Positions 16,859 through 23,840 are shown, numbered from the stretch's first letter. The stretch: DNA of 32,685 nucleotides from an uncultured Gammaproteobacteria bacterium (GCA_964413295.1 CAYPRN010000003.1:1-32685); one strand, 5' to 3'. The notes: a model not told the origin generated them from the letters alone. A program made the numbers and translations.

Positions 16859-17428
16859 TTACTTTTTCTTTGTTTTTTTGCTTTTTTGTTGTCTTGTTTT
16901 TTTATTGTCTTGTTTTTTTGCTTTTTTGACACTCTTCTTCGCCACACTAAAACTCCCCTCACTAGCATTTTCTAAATTCAAGAAATCTTTCACTTTCATT
17001 TCTATAGAATGATTTACACCACCAGAACTAAACACAGCTTTTTTGGTCTTTGCTAGAGCTTTATCTATAATCACTGGCAATTTATACAAATTACCAAAGG
17101 CGCTGACAGTTCCATTTTTTATTTTCAAAGCATCCTGCATAACTTTTTCCCCAGGAATTTTCACTACTTTTACATCTTTTTGTTTCAATTTGCTAACATT
17201 TTTTTTCACTTTTTCTAAGTCTAGATTCTTATTAGCCGGCAAAAGCACTAAAAAATAGTCTTTATCTGCTTTCACTACTAAAGACTTGGCAATCTCTTCT
17301 AATTTTTTCCCCATGGTCATAGCCACGTCATAGGCAGTATAGACTGTTTTATGCTCTATAATATCATATGGCACACCCGCTTTTTCTAAATATTTAATAA
17401 CTTTTTTTGGTAACTTTTTTTTAGACAT
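16859..17428 (-). CDS. YbaK/prolyl-tRNA-synthetase-associated (aminoacyl-tRNA deacylase) domain protein
   Basis: From MSKKKLPKKVIKYLEKAGVPYDIIEHKTVYTAYDVA...KSLVVKADKDYFLVLLPANKNLDLEKV...SGG. YbaK/EbsC-like layout. Start moved to 17428. Confidence 0.7.
   Translation of the reverse strand: MSKKKLPKKVIKYLEKAGVPYDIIEHKTVYTAYDVAMTMGKKLEEIAKSLVVKADKDYFLVLLPANKNLDLEKVKKNVSKLKQKDVKVVKIPGEKVMQDALKIKNGTVSAFGNLYKLPVIIDKALAKTKKAVFSSGGVNHSIEMKVKDFLNLENASEGSFSVAKKSVKKAKKQDNKKTRQQKSKKTKKK
16864..16928. repeat. right arm of inverted repeat, overlapping the 3' end of the ybaK-like CDS
   Basis: TTTTTCTTTGTTTTTTTGCTTTTTTGTTGTCTTGTTTTTTTATTGTCTTGTTTTTTTGCTTTTTTG. On the coding strand it encodes the Lys-rich tail KKAKKQDNKKTRQQKSKKTKKK. 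Confidence 0.6.
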
Positions 17429-17438
17429 ATATTTTATC

Positions 17439-17512
17439 GCGCAACACATAACATAAGAGCACATAACGCTAAATAATGGCATGTTATGCGTTACACGTTA
17501 TGCGTTATGTGT
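17439..17512. repeat. intercistronic word-hairpin (CATAACGC family)
   Basis: GCGCAACACATAACATAAGAGCACATAACGC-loop-GCATGTTATGCGTTACACGTTATGCGTTATGTGT. Same family as 20324..20400. Both lie about 10 nt upstream of a start codon. Confidence 0.65.
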
Positions 17513-17644
17513 ATATGTATTATACCCTAATTACCTATCTTAAGCAAAACCATTGACTTATTTTTAAAGTCATAATAACATTAGAGCTAATCCCGAGAGT
17601 TCGGGACTGTTTTTTAAAATTCCACAATCAATGGAGGATTGATT

Positions 17645-17848
17645 ATGAAGAAATTACTGATTATCACATTGTTAGTCTTAATATGCTTAATTATCATTCC
17701 AGAGATATTGAACACGGATGAGGCTAAAATTTCATCTAATCATAAAGATGAAAATTCGCCAAAAACTCCAAAGAAAAACGAATTTCCTTTGGCTACCATA
17801 CCAGTAGTACCAGAAATACCTAGACTAGATGGAAAAGAAAAATATTGA
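17645..17848 (+). CDS. small membrane-anchored/secreted protein
   Basis: 67 aa starting at ATG 17645, preceded by GGAGG at 7-nt spacing. N-terminal hydrophobic helix, then a polar Pro/Lys-rich tail. Confidence 0.45.
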   Translation: MKKLLIITLLVLICLIIIPEILNTDEAKISSNHKDENSPKTPKKNEFPLATIPVVPEIPRLDGKEKY

Positions 17849-17873
17849 CTTGTGGAAAAAATTTAGTTAAAAT
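17845..17873 (+). promoter_or_regulatory. near-consensus sigma70-like promoter
   Basis: TTGACT-17 nt-TAAAAT. It overlaps the stop codon of the preceding small gene. Confidence 0.55.
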
Positions 17874-18044
17874 AAAGACAGATAGTTCCTTACAACTAGT
17901 ATATTTACGCTACAAAAATTATGCTTCATTCTGCTTGAGAAAGGAGAATAGGAAGTTAAAGTATTTTTTCACAAGCATAAAGCGTAAACATGCTGGTATA
18001 TTCGACGACACATTCGATATTTGTGAAAGCACAGGAGAAAAATC

Positions 18045-18095
18045 ATGCCCACACATGGACCCCCCTCCGACAGTTTTTCAGTGATCGATTCCTAG
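18045..18095 (+). CDS. micro-ORF 1 (16 aa, MPTHGPPSDSFSVIDS), speculative
   Basis: AGGAGAAAAATCATG is a perfect SD plus spacer plus ATG. Confidence 0.25.
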   Translation: MPTHGPPSDSFSVIDS

Positions 18096-18394
18096 GCCGA
18101 ATGGCGGTGTGAACAATCATGCAACTAAATCTAAATGCTGTAAGTGGGGTTGCCCTAAGAGATGTTGCGGTATTGTAACACAATTCCATAACACCGAGGG
18201 AACCCTAACTAAAAACATATTTTTCGAGAATAGAAATTAATAGGAAAAGATTAGTCGGAAAAAACAGGTCAGACCCTAAAACTACAAGGGTGCCTGAAAA
18301 AATTAAAATTCCGCTGTCTTAAATTCTGCTAATTTCTGTTCACCTTGGTTATAACCCTCCGGAGATATTTCCCCTAAGAATAAGGAGAAAAATC

Positions 18395-18445
18395 ATGATA
18401 CGTGGTTCCCCTTTTACGAGCTTTTCGCTCTCTACGCTACGGTGA
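18395..18445 (+). CDS. micro-ORF 2 (16 aa, MIRGSPFTSFSLSTLR), speculative
   Basis: Same 14-nt SD/start module. The peptide aligns with micro-ORF 1 over xGxPxxSFS. Confidence 0.25.
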   Translation: MIRGSPFTSFSLSTLR

Positions 18446-18794
18446 TGATACTGTACTGATACTGTATAATTTTTCAACGGGATTTATGATCTTTTCGTAA
18501 AATCTAAATTCTGTTCACGAAAAATTCTAACATCGAGGTTAAAAATGCAACTGAAATATCCCAATTCCATGGTCATCTCTGCTTAAAACACTACATAGCA
18601 AGATGACCGGCAAAGATTATAGACATGCCTACGAATTCGCTGAATGCCAAAAAGGAGTAATTTCATACTACGAACAGGAAGATACGTAAAGGGAGATGGT
18701 TGAGAGGGGTGGTGACACTCCCTTAAACGCGAATAAAATTTCGCCCAGAAAATCGTGGCCAGAAAACCTCAAGATGAAAACTGGGAGAAAAATC

Positions 18795-18971
18795 ATGAAT
18801 CGAAAGTTCACTGATCGGACCGCTCGCGGAAGCCCGTCTTTGGCTTCCGCCGTCGTCCTCCAAAAAGAAAACGGTTCAACAACCGAAAACACTTCCACGT
18901 CCGGTGTCGTCGCCATTACTATAGATGGGATGACCGGTTTCGGGATCGACAAGAGAACCACCTACGTCTAA
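18795..18971 (+). CDS. small ORF 3 (58 aa from MNRKFTDRTARGSP...), speculative
   Basis: Same 14-nt SD/start module. It is the in-frame 3' part of track ORF 18696..18971. About 50% GC, and an antisense ORF of similar length is also open. Confidence 0.3.
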   Translation: MNRKFTDRTARGSPSLASAVVLQKENGSTTENTSTSGVVAITIDGMTGFGIDKRTTYV

Positions 18972-19014
18972 AAAAGATCAGACGAGGTCTAATCCCGTCA
19001 AGGAAGTACCACAA

Positions 19015-19053
19015 GGGGGCAACTTGCTAAAACTGCAAGCTCTGCCCCTTTTT
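19015..19053 (+). terminator. strong intrinsic terminator
   Basis: GGGGCAACTTGC-TAAAACT-GCAAGCTCTGCCCC followed by T5. Confidence 0.7.
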
Positions 19054-19066
19054 AATTTTCTACCTA

Positions 19067-19151
19067 CTGTCATTGCGAGCCGTAGGCGAAGCAATCCCGT
19101 GAGAAATATTGAAATATTCACGAGATCGTGTCGCTTCGCTCGCGATGACAG
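19067..19151. repeat. GTCATTGCGAG...CGCGATGAC palindromic repeat
   Basis: CTGTCATTGCGAGCCGTAGGCGAAGCAATCCCGTGAG...CACGAGATCGTGTCGCTTCGCTCGCGATGACAG. Confidence 0.75.
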
Positions 19152-19227
19152 TGAACCACAAAAGAACGCTTTACAACGTTCTTTTTTTATTTATTATTTT
19201 ATTATTCTAGAAAAAATCCATTCCTTT

Positions 19228-19326
19228 TGTCATTCCGGGCGTAGTGAAGCGAAGACCCGGAATCCAGAAAATATATATAAAAAAACAAATTTTTATTTCT
19301 GGATTCCCGCTTTCGCGGGAATGACA
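19228..19326. repeat. GTCATTCCGGG...CGGGAATGAC palindromic repeat
   Basis: TGTCATTCCGGGCGTAGTGAAGCGAAGACCCGGAATCCAGAAA...TTTCTGGATTCCCGCTTTCGCGGGAATGACA. Track ORFs 19024..19350 and 19202..19411 are translations of these repeats. Confidence 0.75.
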
Positions 19327-19379
19327 ATAAAGCATAGAACAGTAGTGTAAAACAAAAAAATTTAGAAATGACAGTTAAT

Positions 19380-20315
19380 TTAAAACCTAACCGGCATTGG
19401 CTGTTTTTCATTATTATCTAAAGCTTTCTTTTCTATACATTGATACCCAGCATCATGCTCCCAGTTGCTGGCAAAATAATCTTTGCTTTCATAAGGATCA
19501 TTATCGTTAATATTAGATCGCTGAAAATCAGTGCAAAGTTCATATTTTTTCGTATCTAATATTTTAAACTCAAATATCTTCTTAGTTATTGGATTTCTTA
19601 AATCATCTTCAGCAATGTAATCTACTGCTTCTTTGACTGCTTCTAATGATTCTGGTAATTTATTCTCTTCAGTATAATATTGCTGGACAGCGTTTTCAAT
19701 AATGCTTAAGCGATTAACAACTTCATTATCAAAACGCTTTGCTCTGGCTTCCAATGGCGACTCTACAAATAAAATTCCGCCGATAAAAATTAATGCCGAT
19801 AAAATAATTACTGCGAATAAATAAATTTTATTAACTTTATTTTTTTCTCCTTCAATTTTTTCTCGCTTAATATCATGCAAATAATAATAAAAAATAGCTC
19901 CGGCAATAATTAGCACTGTCAATGCTTTTAAAATAAATTTTAAAGTCAATTCTCCATTTAAAAAATTAAAAATCGTGCCGATTGCCCATCCACCCATGGT
20001 TAAGGCAGTCACTAAAATTATCAAATAAGTCAGCCATTTTCTGATCGCTGAATCTTTGTCTAAAACGCCTGTAAATAAATTTTTATTTATCTGCCAGGCG
20101 GTCGTCAGATAAACCGGGGCCGAAACAATCATCGCGGCAATGGCATAGCGCAATAAATTAACATCATAGCGCATACTGTAATTTTCTACGATATCGGCGA
20201 TATTTTTATTAATAACCTGAAAGACAACCACGCCGGCAAAAATAGCGAAAAATGCTAACGACACTAGTGATAGCAAATATAAAAATGTAAACTTGGCTGT
20301 ATTGTTGTTTGACAT
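19380..20315 (-). CDS. multi-pass membrane protein with soluble C-terminal domain, function unknown
   Basis: 311 aa from MSNNNTAKF. About five hydrophobic helices, then a Cys-containing C-terminal domain. Possibly DUF5671-like, but that is my recollection only. Confidence 0.55.
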   Translation of the reverse strand: MSNNNTAKFTFLYLLSLVSLAFFAIFAGVVVFQVINKNIADIVENYSMRYDVNLLRYAIAAMIVSAPVYLTTAWQINKNLFTGVLDKDSAIRKWLTYLIILVTALTMGGWAIGTIFNFLNGELTLKFILKALTVLIIAGAIFYYYLHDIKREKIEGEKNKVNKIYLFAVIILSALIFIGGILFVESPLEARAKRFDNEVVNRLSIIENAVQQYYTEENKLPESLEAVKEAVDYIAEDDLRNPITKKIFEFKILDTKKYELCTDFQRSNINDNDPYESKDYFASNWEHDAGYQCIEKKALDNNEKQPMPVRF

Positions 20316-20323
20316 ATATTTAT

Positions 20324-20400
20324 AATCGCATAACACATAACTTAAAACGCATAACGCTAAATTATAACACGTTACGCGTTATGCGTTGTGCGTTTATGCG
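20324..20400. repeat. intercistronic word-hairpin (CATAACGC family)
   Basis: AATCGCATAACACATAACTTAAAACGCATAACGC-loop-ACGTTACGCGTTATGCGTTGTGCGTTTATGCG. Confidence 0.65.
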
Positions 20401-20471
20401 TATTTGTATTATAGCATTAACTGTTATAACAAAAAAGGGCTTAATTATAAACCCTTTTCACTATTTACTAT

Positions 20472-22250
20472 TTACTTATCACTTACTTTCAAATGCAATT
20501 CTTTCAACTGTTTATCTGTTATTTCCGAAGGCGCATCTAACATCATATCCCGTCCATCGCCAGTTTTAGGATAAGCGATTACTTCTCTAATGTTTGGCTC
20601 GCCAGCAAATATCATAATTAAGCGATCAAGACCAAGAGCAATTCCACCATGTGGTGGCGCTCCATAAGAAAAAGCGTTAAGCATGTGACCAAATCTTTTT
20701 TTCCTATCTTCTTCAGAAATTCCTAAAATTTTAAATATTTGATTTTGTAATTCTTGCTCATGGATTCTAATACTGCCACCACCTATTTCGTAGCCGTTTA
20801 AAATTAAATCATATGCGTCCGCCACTGCTTTAAGCGGTTCTTTTTCTAACATATTTAATGAATCTTTGTGCGGTCGAGTAAAAGGATGGTGCATAGCGGC
20901 AATATCTTTTGAATAGCCGGCTTCTTCTCCTTCCTTATTACTTTTAAACATTGGGAAATCAATTATCCAGGCATAAGCAAATTTATTTTCATCAATTAAA
21001 TTTAACTTATTAGCTGTTTCTAAACGAATCTGACCTAAAACTTCACAAGCTATTTCCCATTTATTAGCACCAAAAAATACAATATCGCCATCTTTCGCGC
21101 TTGTTTCATCTACAATTTTCTGTGCTAAATCTTCACCAATAAATTTAATAATTGGTGAGTTTAATTTTCCTTCTTTCAAAGTGAGATAAGCTAACCCTTT
21201 AGCTTTTCTGCTTTTAGCAATTTCAATTAATTCATCAATTTCTTTTCTAGAAAACTTTGCTCCTCCGTCAACTTTAAGTGCATGAACTACACCCTTATTT
21301 TTAACTGCGTCAGTAAATACAGAAAAACCACAATCTTTAACTAATTCAGTTATTGGCTTTATTTCCATTTCAAATCGCAAGTCTGGCTTATCACTGCCGT
21401 ATTTATCCATTGCCTCTTGATAAGTTAAACGAGGAAACGGCTTAGTTAGTAATTTTTTCTTGGGCGCAAACTTTTGAGTTAAATCCAACATTAATTTTTC
21501 CATTATATTTAAAACATCATTTTGTTCAACAAAAGACATTTCTACATCAAGTTGAGTAAATTCTAATTGACGATCGCCACGCAAATCTTCATCACGAAAA
21601 CACTTAGCAATTTGAAAATACTTATCAAGACCAGCTACCATAAGTAATTGCTTTAACTGTTGTGGACTTTGTGGTAAAACATAAAATTTTCCAGAGTGTA
21701 AGCGAGACGGCACAATAAATTCACGCGCTCCTTCTGGCGTACCTTTTATTAATTCTGGTGTTTCTACTTCAACAAATTCATCTTTGTCCATAAAGTCTCT
21801 GATTGCTTTTATTATTTTATGTCGCAAAGTTAAATTGCTCTGCATTCTAGCGCGCCGCAAATCTAAGTAGCGATATTTCATTCTAATATCTTCATTCACT
21901 TCATTTCCCTTCTCTTCGCTGATTTCAAATGGAGGTGTTTTTGATTCGCTTAAAATTTCCAGCTCATTTACTTCTATTTCAATTTCACCTGTAGCTAACT
22001 TTTTATTAACCATTTCTTTCGGCCGTTCTGCTACTGCGCCAGTAACTTTTACTACCCATTCACTGCGTAATTTATCAGCTTCTTTGATTTTATTAGGATC
22101 AAAAGTTAATTGGGTAATACCATAACGATCGCGCAGATCAATAAAAATTAATCCGCCATGATCACGGCGGCGATGCACCCAGCCACAAAGAGTAACTTTT
22201 TCTCCTGATTGTTTAGCGGTTAATTCACCGCAAGTATTTGTTCTTAGCAT
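20472..22250 (-). CDS. aspS: aspartyl-tRNA synthetase
   Basis: 592 aa from MLRTNTCGELT. Class II motifs (FRDEDLRGDRQLEFTQLDVEMSF, GGGSIRIH, GLDRLIM). Start moved to 22250 because the upstream 15 codons overlap the leader terminator. Confidence 0.95.
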   Translation of the reverse strand: MLRTNTCGELTAKQSGEKVTLCGWVHRRRDHGGLIFIDLRDRYGITQLTFDPNKIKEADKLRSEWVVKVTGAVAERPKEMVNKKLATGEIEIEVNELEILSESKTPPFEISEEKGNEVNEDIRMKYRYLDLRRARMQSNLTLRHKIIKAIRDFMDKDEFVEVETPELIKGTPEGAREFIVPSRLHSGKFYVLPQSPQQLKQLLMVAGLDKYFQIAKCFRDEDLRGDRQLEFTQLDVEMSFVEQNDVLNIMEKLMLDLTQKFAPKKKLLTKPFPRLTYQEAMDKYGSDKPDLRFEMEIKPITELVKDCGFSVFTDAVKNKGVVHALKVDGGAKFSRKEIDELIEIAKSRKAKGLAYLTLKEGKLNSPIIKFIGEDLAQKIVDETSAKDGDIVFFGANKWEIACEVLGQIRLETANKLNLIDENKFAYAWIIDFPMFKSNKEGEEAGYSKDIAAMHHPFTRPHKDSLNMLEKEPLKAVADAYDLILNGYEIGGGSIRIHEQELQNQIFKILGISEEDRKKRFGHMLNAFSYGAPPHGGIALGLDRLIMIFAGEPNIREVIAYPKTGDGRDMMLDAPSEITDKQLKELHLKVSDK

Positions 22251-22271
22251 ATATTTTAATAATAAAAAATT

Positions 22272-22323
22272 AAAAAACTCATCTCTAAATACCACAAAAT
22301 TGTGATAATTAGGGACGAGTTTT
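22272..22323 (-). terminator. T-box leader terminator
   Basis: The RNA reads AAACUCGUCCCUAAU...AUUUAGAGAUGAGUUU followed by U6. The 5' arm directly follows the T-box sequence. Confidence 0.6.
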
Positions 22324-22500
22324 CACCCGTGGTGCCACCCACATTTCCCCGCTACTTGCGAGTGGCAGGGCTTCTTTACAGCTATAACGGGCTTACCCGT
22401 CAGGGTCTACTTGCCTCGCCGAAGCTTTAGCGGAGGCGAGATCGCCTCATAACTTCAACTAAACTTTCTTCCTACACCTTCTTCAGTGTTGACTGAAGTT
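22272..22500 (-). promoter_or_regulatory. T-box riboswitch leader of aspS
   Basis: The minus strand contains AAAUGUGGGUGGCACCACGGGUGAAAACUCGUCCC (plus 22326..22342 = CCCGTGGTGCCACCCAC). This matches the conserved T-box GGGUGGnACCrCG and is followed by a terminator. Confidence 0.65.
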
Positions 22501-22570
22501 ATTATTCTGTTAAATAACAGAAGAATGGCTTTAATTAAATTGTAATTATATAATAAACAAAATATCAAAA

Positions 22571-23260
22571 TTAGTCAAATATATACTGCTTATATTGTTT
22601 AACAACCTGCTCAAATTCTTTAACCAATTCAGTTATAAAATCTGCTTGCACAATATCTTCAAATCTATTTTCTAAAGCAAACTTCATAATATTAATTACA
22701 TTTTTTGATGCTAAAATATTTCCCACCTTGCCTACCGGCTCGCCTCGCTGAAGCTCCTGCGAAGCGGGCAGACAGGCCTTAAAATTATCTAAATCTGGCT
22801 GATAACCGAGCATAGAAATTAACTTTAAAATAAAAGCGGATTGTATTGTTTGTAAACGACATTCCAATATATTATCACCACAATTATTTAATACTTCTAA
22901 AAATCTATGCAACATTAAAAAAATCTGCTCATCTTTTTCTCTGCCTTTAATAACCTGATCTACCGCCTGCGCAACTTCTCCAGATATAATGCATTTTTCA
23001 TAATCATTTTTTATGTTTATAAAAACATTTTCACTGACTGCACTGCCTAAATAATCATACTGTTTGCCTTTGATAATCATAATTTCGCATAAATTTAAAG
23101 GTTCAATATGACCAGCAAGTTTGGAAGAAATTTTTTGCGTACCGCGAGCAACTAAATCCAGTTTACCAAAATCCTGTGTATAAACAAAAACGCGGGAATT
23201 ACTTTCATTAAAAGCCTCCCGCTTTAAAATAATAGCTTTTGTTTTTTGGGTTACTTCCAT
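22571..23260 (-). CDS. recO: DNA repair protein RecO
   Basis: 229 aa. N-terminal OB-fold signature (KTKAIILKREAFNESNSRVFVYTQDFGKLDLVARG). Carries an in-frame GC-rich repeat insertion. Confidence 0.85.
   Translation of the reverse strand: MEVTQKTKAIILKREAFNESNSRVFVYTQDFGKLDLVARGTQKISSKLAGHIEPLNLCEIMIIKGKQYDYLGSAVSENVFINIKNDYEKCIISGEVAQAVDQVIKGREKDEQIFLMLHRFLEVLNNCGDNILECRLQTIQSAFILKLISMLGYQPDLDNFKACLPASQELQRGEPVGKVGNILASKNVINIMKFALENRFEDIVQADFITELVKEFEQVVKQYKQYIFD
22726..22778. repeat. GC-rich palindromic mini-element inside the recO reading frame
   Basis: CCTTGCCTACCGGCTCGCCTCGCTGAAGCTCCTGCGAAGCGGGCAGACAGGCC aligns with the reverse complement of 3815..3864. It encodes ACLPASQELQRGEPVGK. Confidence 0.65.
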
Positions 23261-23376
23261 AAGATATAAAGAAACTAAAAAACTTGCGCTTCGCTCGAAA
23301 CTAATTGAAATTATTAGTTTCTTAATTTCATGGCGAAGCGTAGCGAGCTATAAAGTTTCCGTTAGTTTCCTAATTT

Positions 23377-23757
23377 CTAATTTTTATCAAGATATCCTTG
23401 AAGTATGCTCACGGCTGCAATTTCATCTCTACTCGCCTTTGTTTTTTTATCACCAATTAATGAATCAGCATACTTAGAAGATAATCTTTCATCTTCAAAA
23501 ATAATTTCCATATCAGGCAGTTTATCTTTCAACTCGACCACAAATTTCTTAAAATTATCAGGTAATTCATATTCTTGATTAACAACTGAATATGGCTTGC
23601 CTATTACTACGGCATCCACATCTTCACTTTTAACAATCTCGGCAATATCTTCAATCTTTTCTACCGTACCAAAAATAACAGCAATTTTTGTTTCACTGTC
23701 GCCAATAGATAAACCAATACGTTTGGTGCCGTAGTCAACACCTAGATATTTCTTCAT
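23377..23757 (-). CDS. ruvX: Holliday junction resolvase-like protein RuvX/YqgF
   Basis: 126 aa. The N-terminus is MKKYLGVDYGTKRIGLSIGD. Confidence 0.85.
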   Translation of the reverse strand: MKKYLGVDYGTKRIGLSIGDSETKIAVIFGTVEKIEDIAEIVKSEDVDAVVIGKPYSVVNQEYELPDNFKKFVVELKDKLPDMEIIFEDERLSSKYADSLIGDKKTKASRDEIAAVSILQGYLDKN

Positions 23758-23840
23758 TTAGTTAATCAGTTACTTAGTTAATCAGTTACTTAGTTAATTG
23801 CACAGATAAAACCGTGTAACTAATTAACTGATTAACTAAT
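23758..23840. repeat. intercistronic word-hairpin (TTAGTTA family)
   Basis: TTAGTTAATCAGTTACTTAGTTAATCAGTTACTTAGTTAATTG-loop-GTGTAACTAATTAACTGATTAACTAATTAAC. Confidence 0.65.

Larger units (their letters stand above)
17880..19053 (+). ncRNA. candidate long structured RNA or micro-ORF transcript (unclassified)
   Basis: Bracketed by a promoter and a strong terminator. No long ORF other than a mutually antisense pair. Three exact GGAGAAAAATCATG copies. GC-rich, hairpin-dense 3' part. Confidence 0.4.

Noticed and set aside
16846-16968. 41-codon Lys/Arg-rich N-terminal extension of the four-helix-bundle ORF; similar extensions of scpA (16432..16455), ybaK-like (17429..17482), aspS (22251..22295), MFS (5059..5088), ORF 19380 (20316..20336) and ASCH (8784..8801).
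   Set aside because: The extensions are encoded by repeat arms or leader structures. The conserved family N-termini begin at the internal Met.
17845-18084. 79-aa plus-strand ORF starting with TTG.
   Set aside because: Its TTG is the -35 hexamer of a near-consensus promoter, so most of the ORF would precede or coincide with the transcript 5' end. It has no SD and ends inside the first GGAGAAAAATCATG module.
18034-18797. Three identical 14-mers as a CRISPR-like array.
   Set aside because: The repeats are only 14 nt and are spaced 350-400 nt apart. There are no uniform spacers and no cas genes, so this is not CRISPR architecture.
18668-18971. Overlapping antisense ORF pair (97 aa minus, 91 aa plus) as ordinary protein genes.
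   Set aside because: Both strands being open reflects local GC richness. The minus ORF has no start context. The plus ORF's 5' ATG abuts its SD-like element with zero spacing. Only the internal start at 18795 has a proper SD, and I keep it at low confidence.
17880-19053. Known housekeeping RNAs (RNase P, tmRNA, SRP/4.5S, 6S) or a group I/II intron.
   Set aside because: I could not find the signature motifs: GAGGAAAGUCC and ACAGAA for RNase P, a tRNA-like GGUUCGAAUCC...CCA end for tmRNA, the SRP GGAA/AGCA symmetric loop context, or a domain V-like hairpin for group II introns. A covariance-model scan is still needed.
19024-19411. ORFs 19024..19350 (+) and 19202..19411 (-).
   Set aside because: They are translations of the GTCATTGCGAG / GTCATTCCGGG palindromic repeats. 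Peptide strings such as IPAFAGMT and SFPRKRESR are classic products of such repeats.
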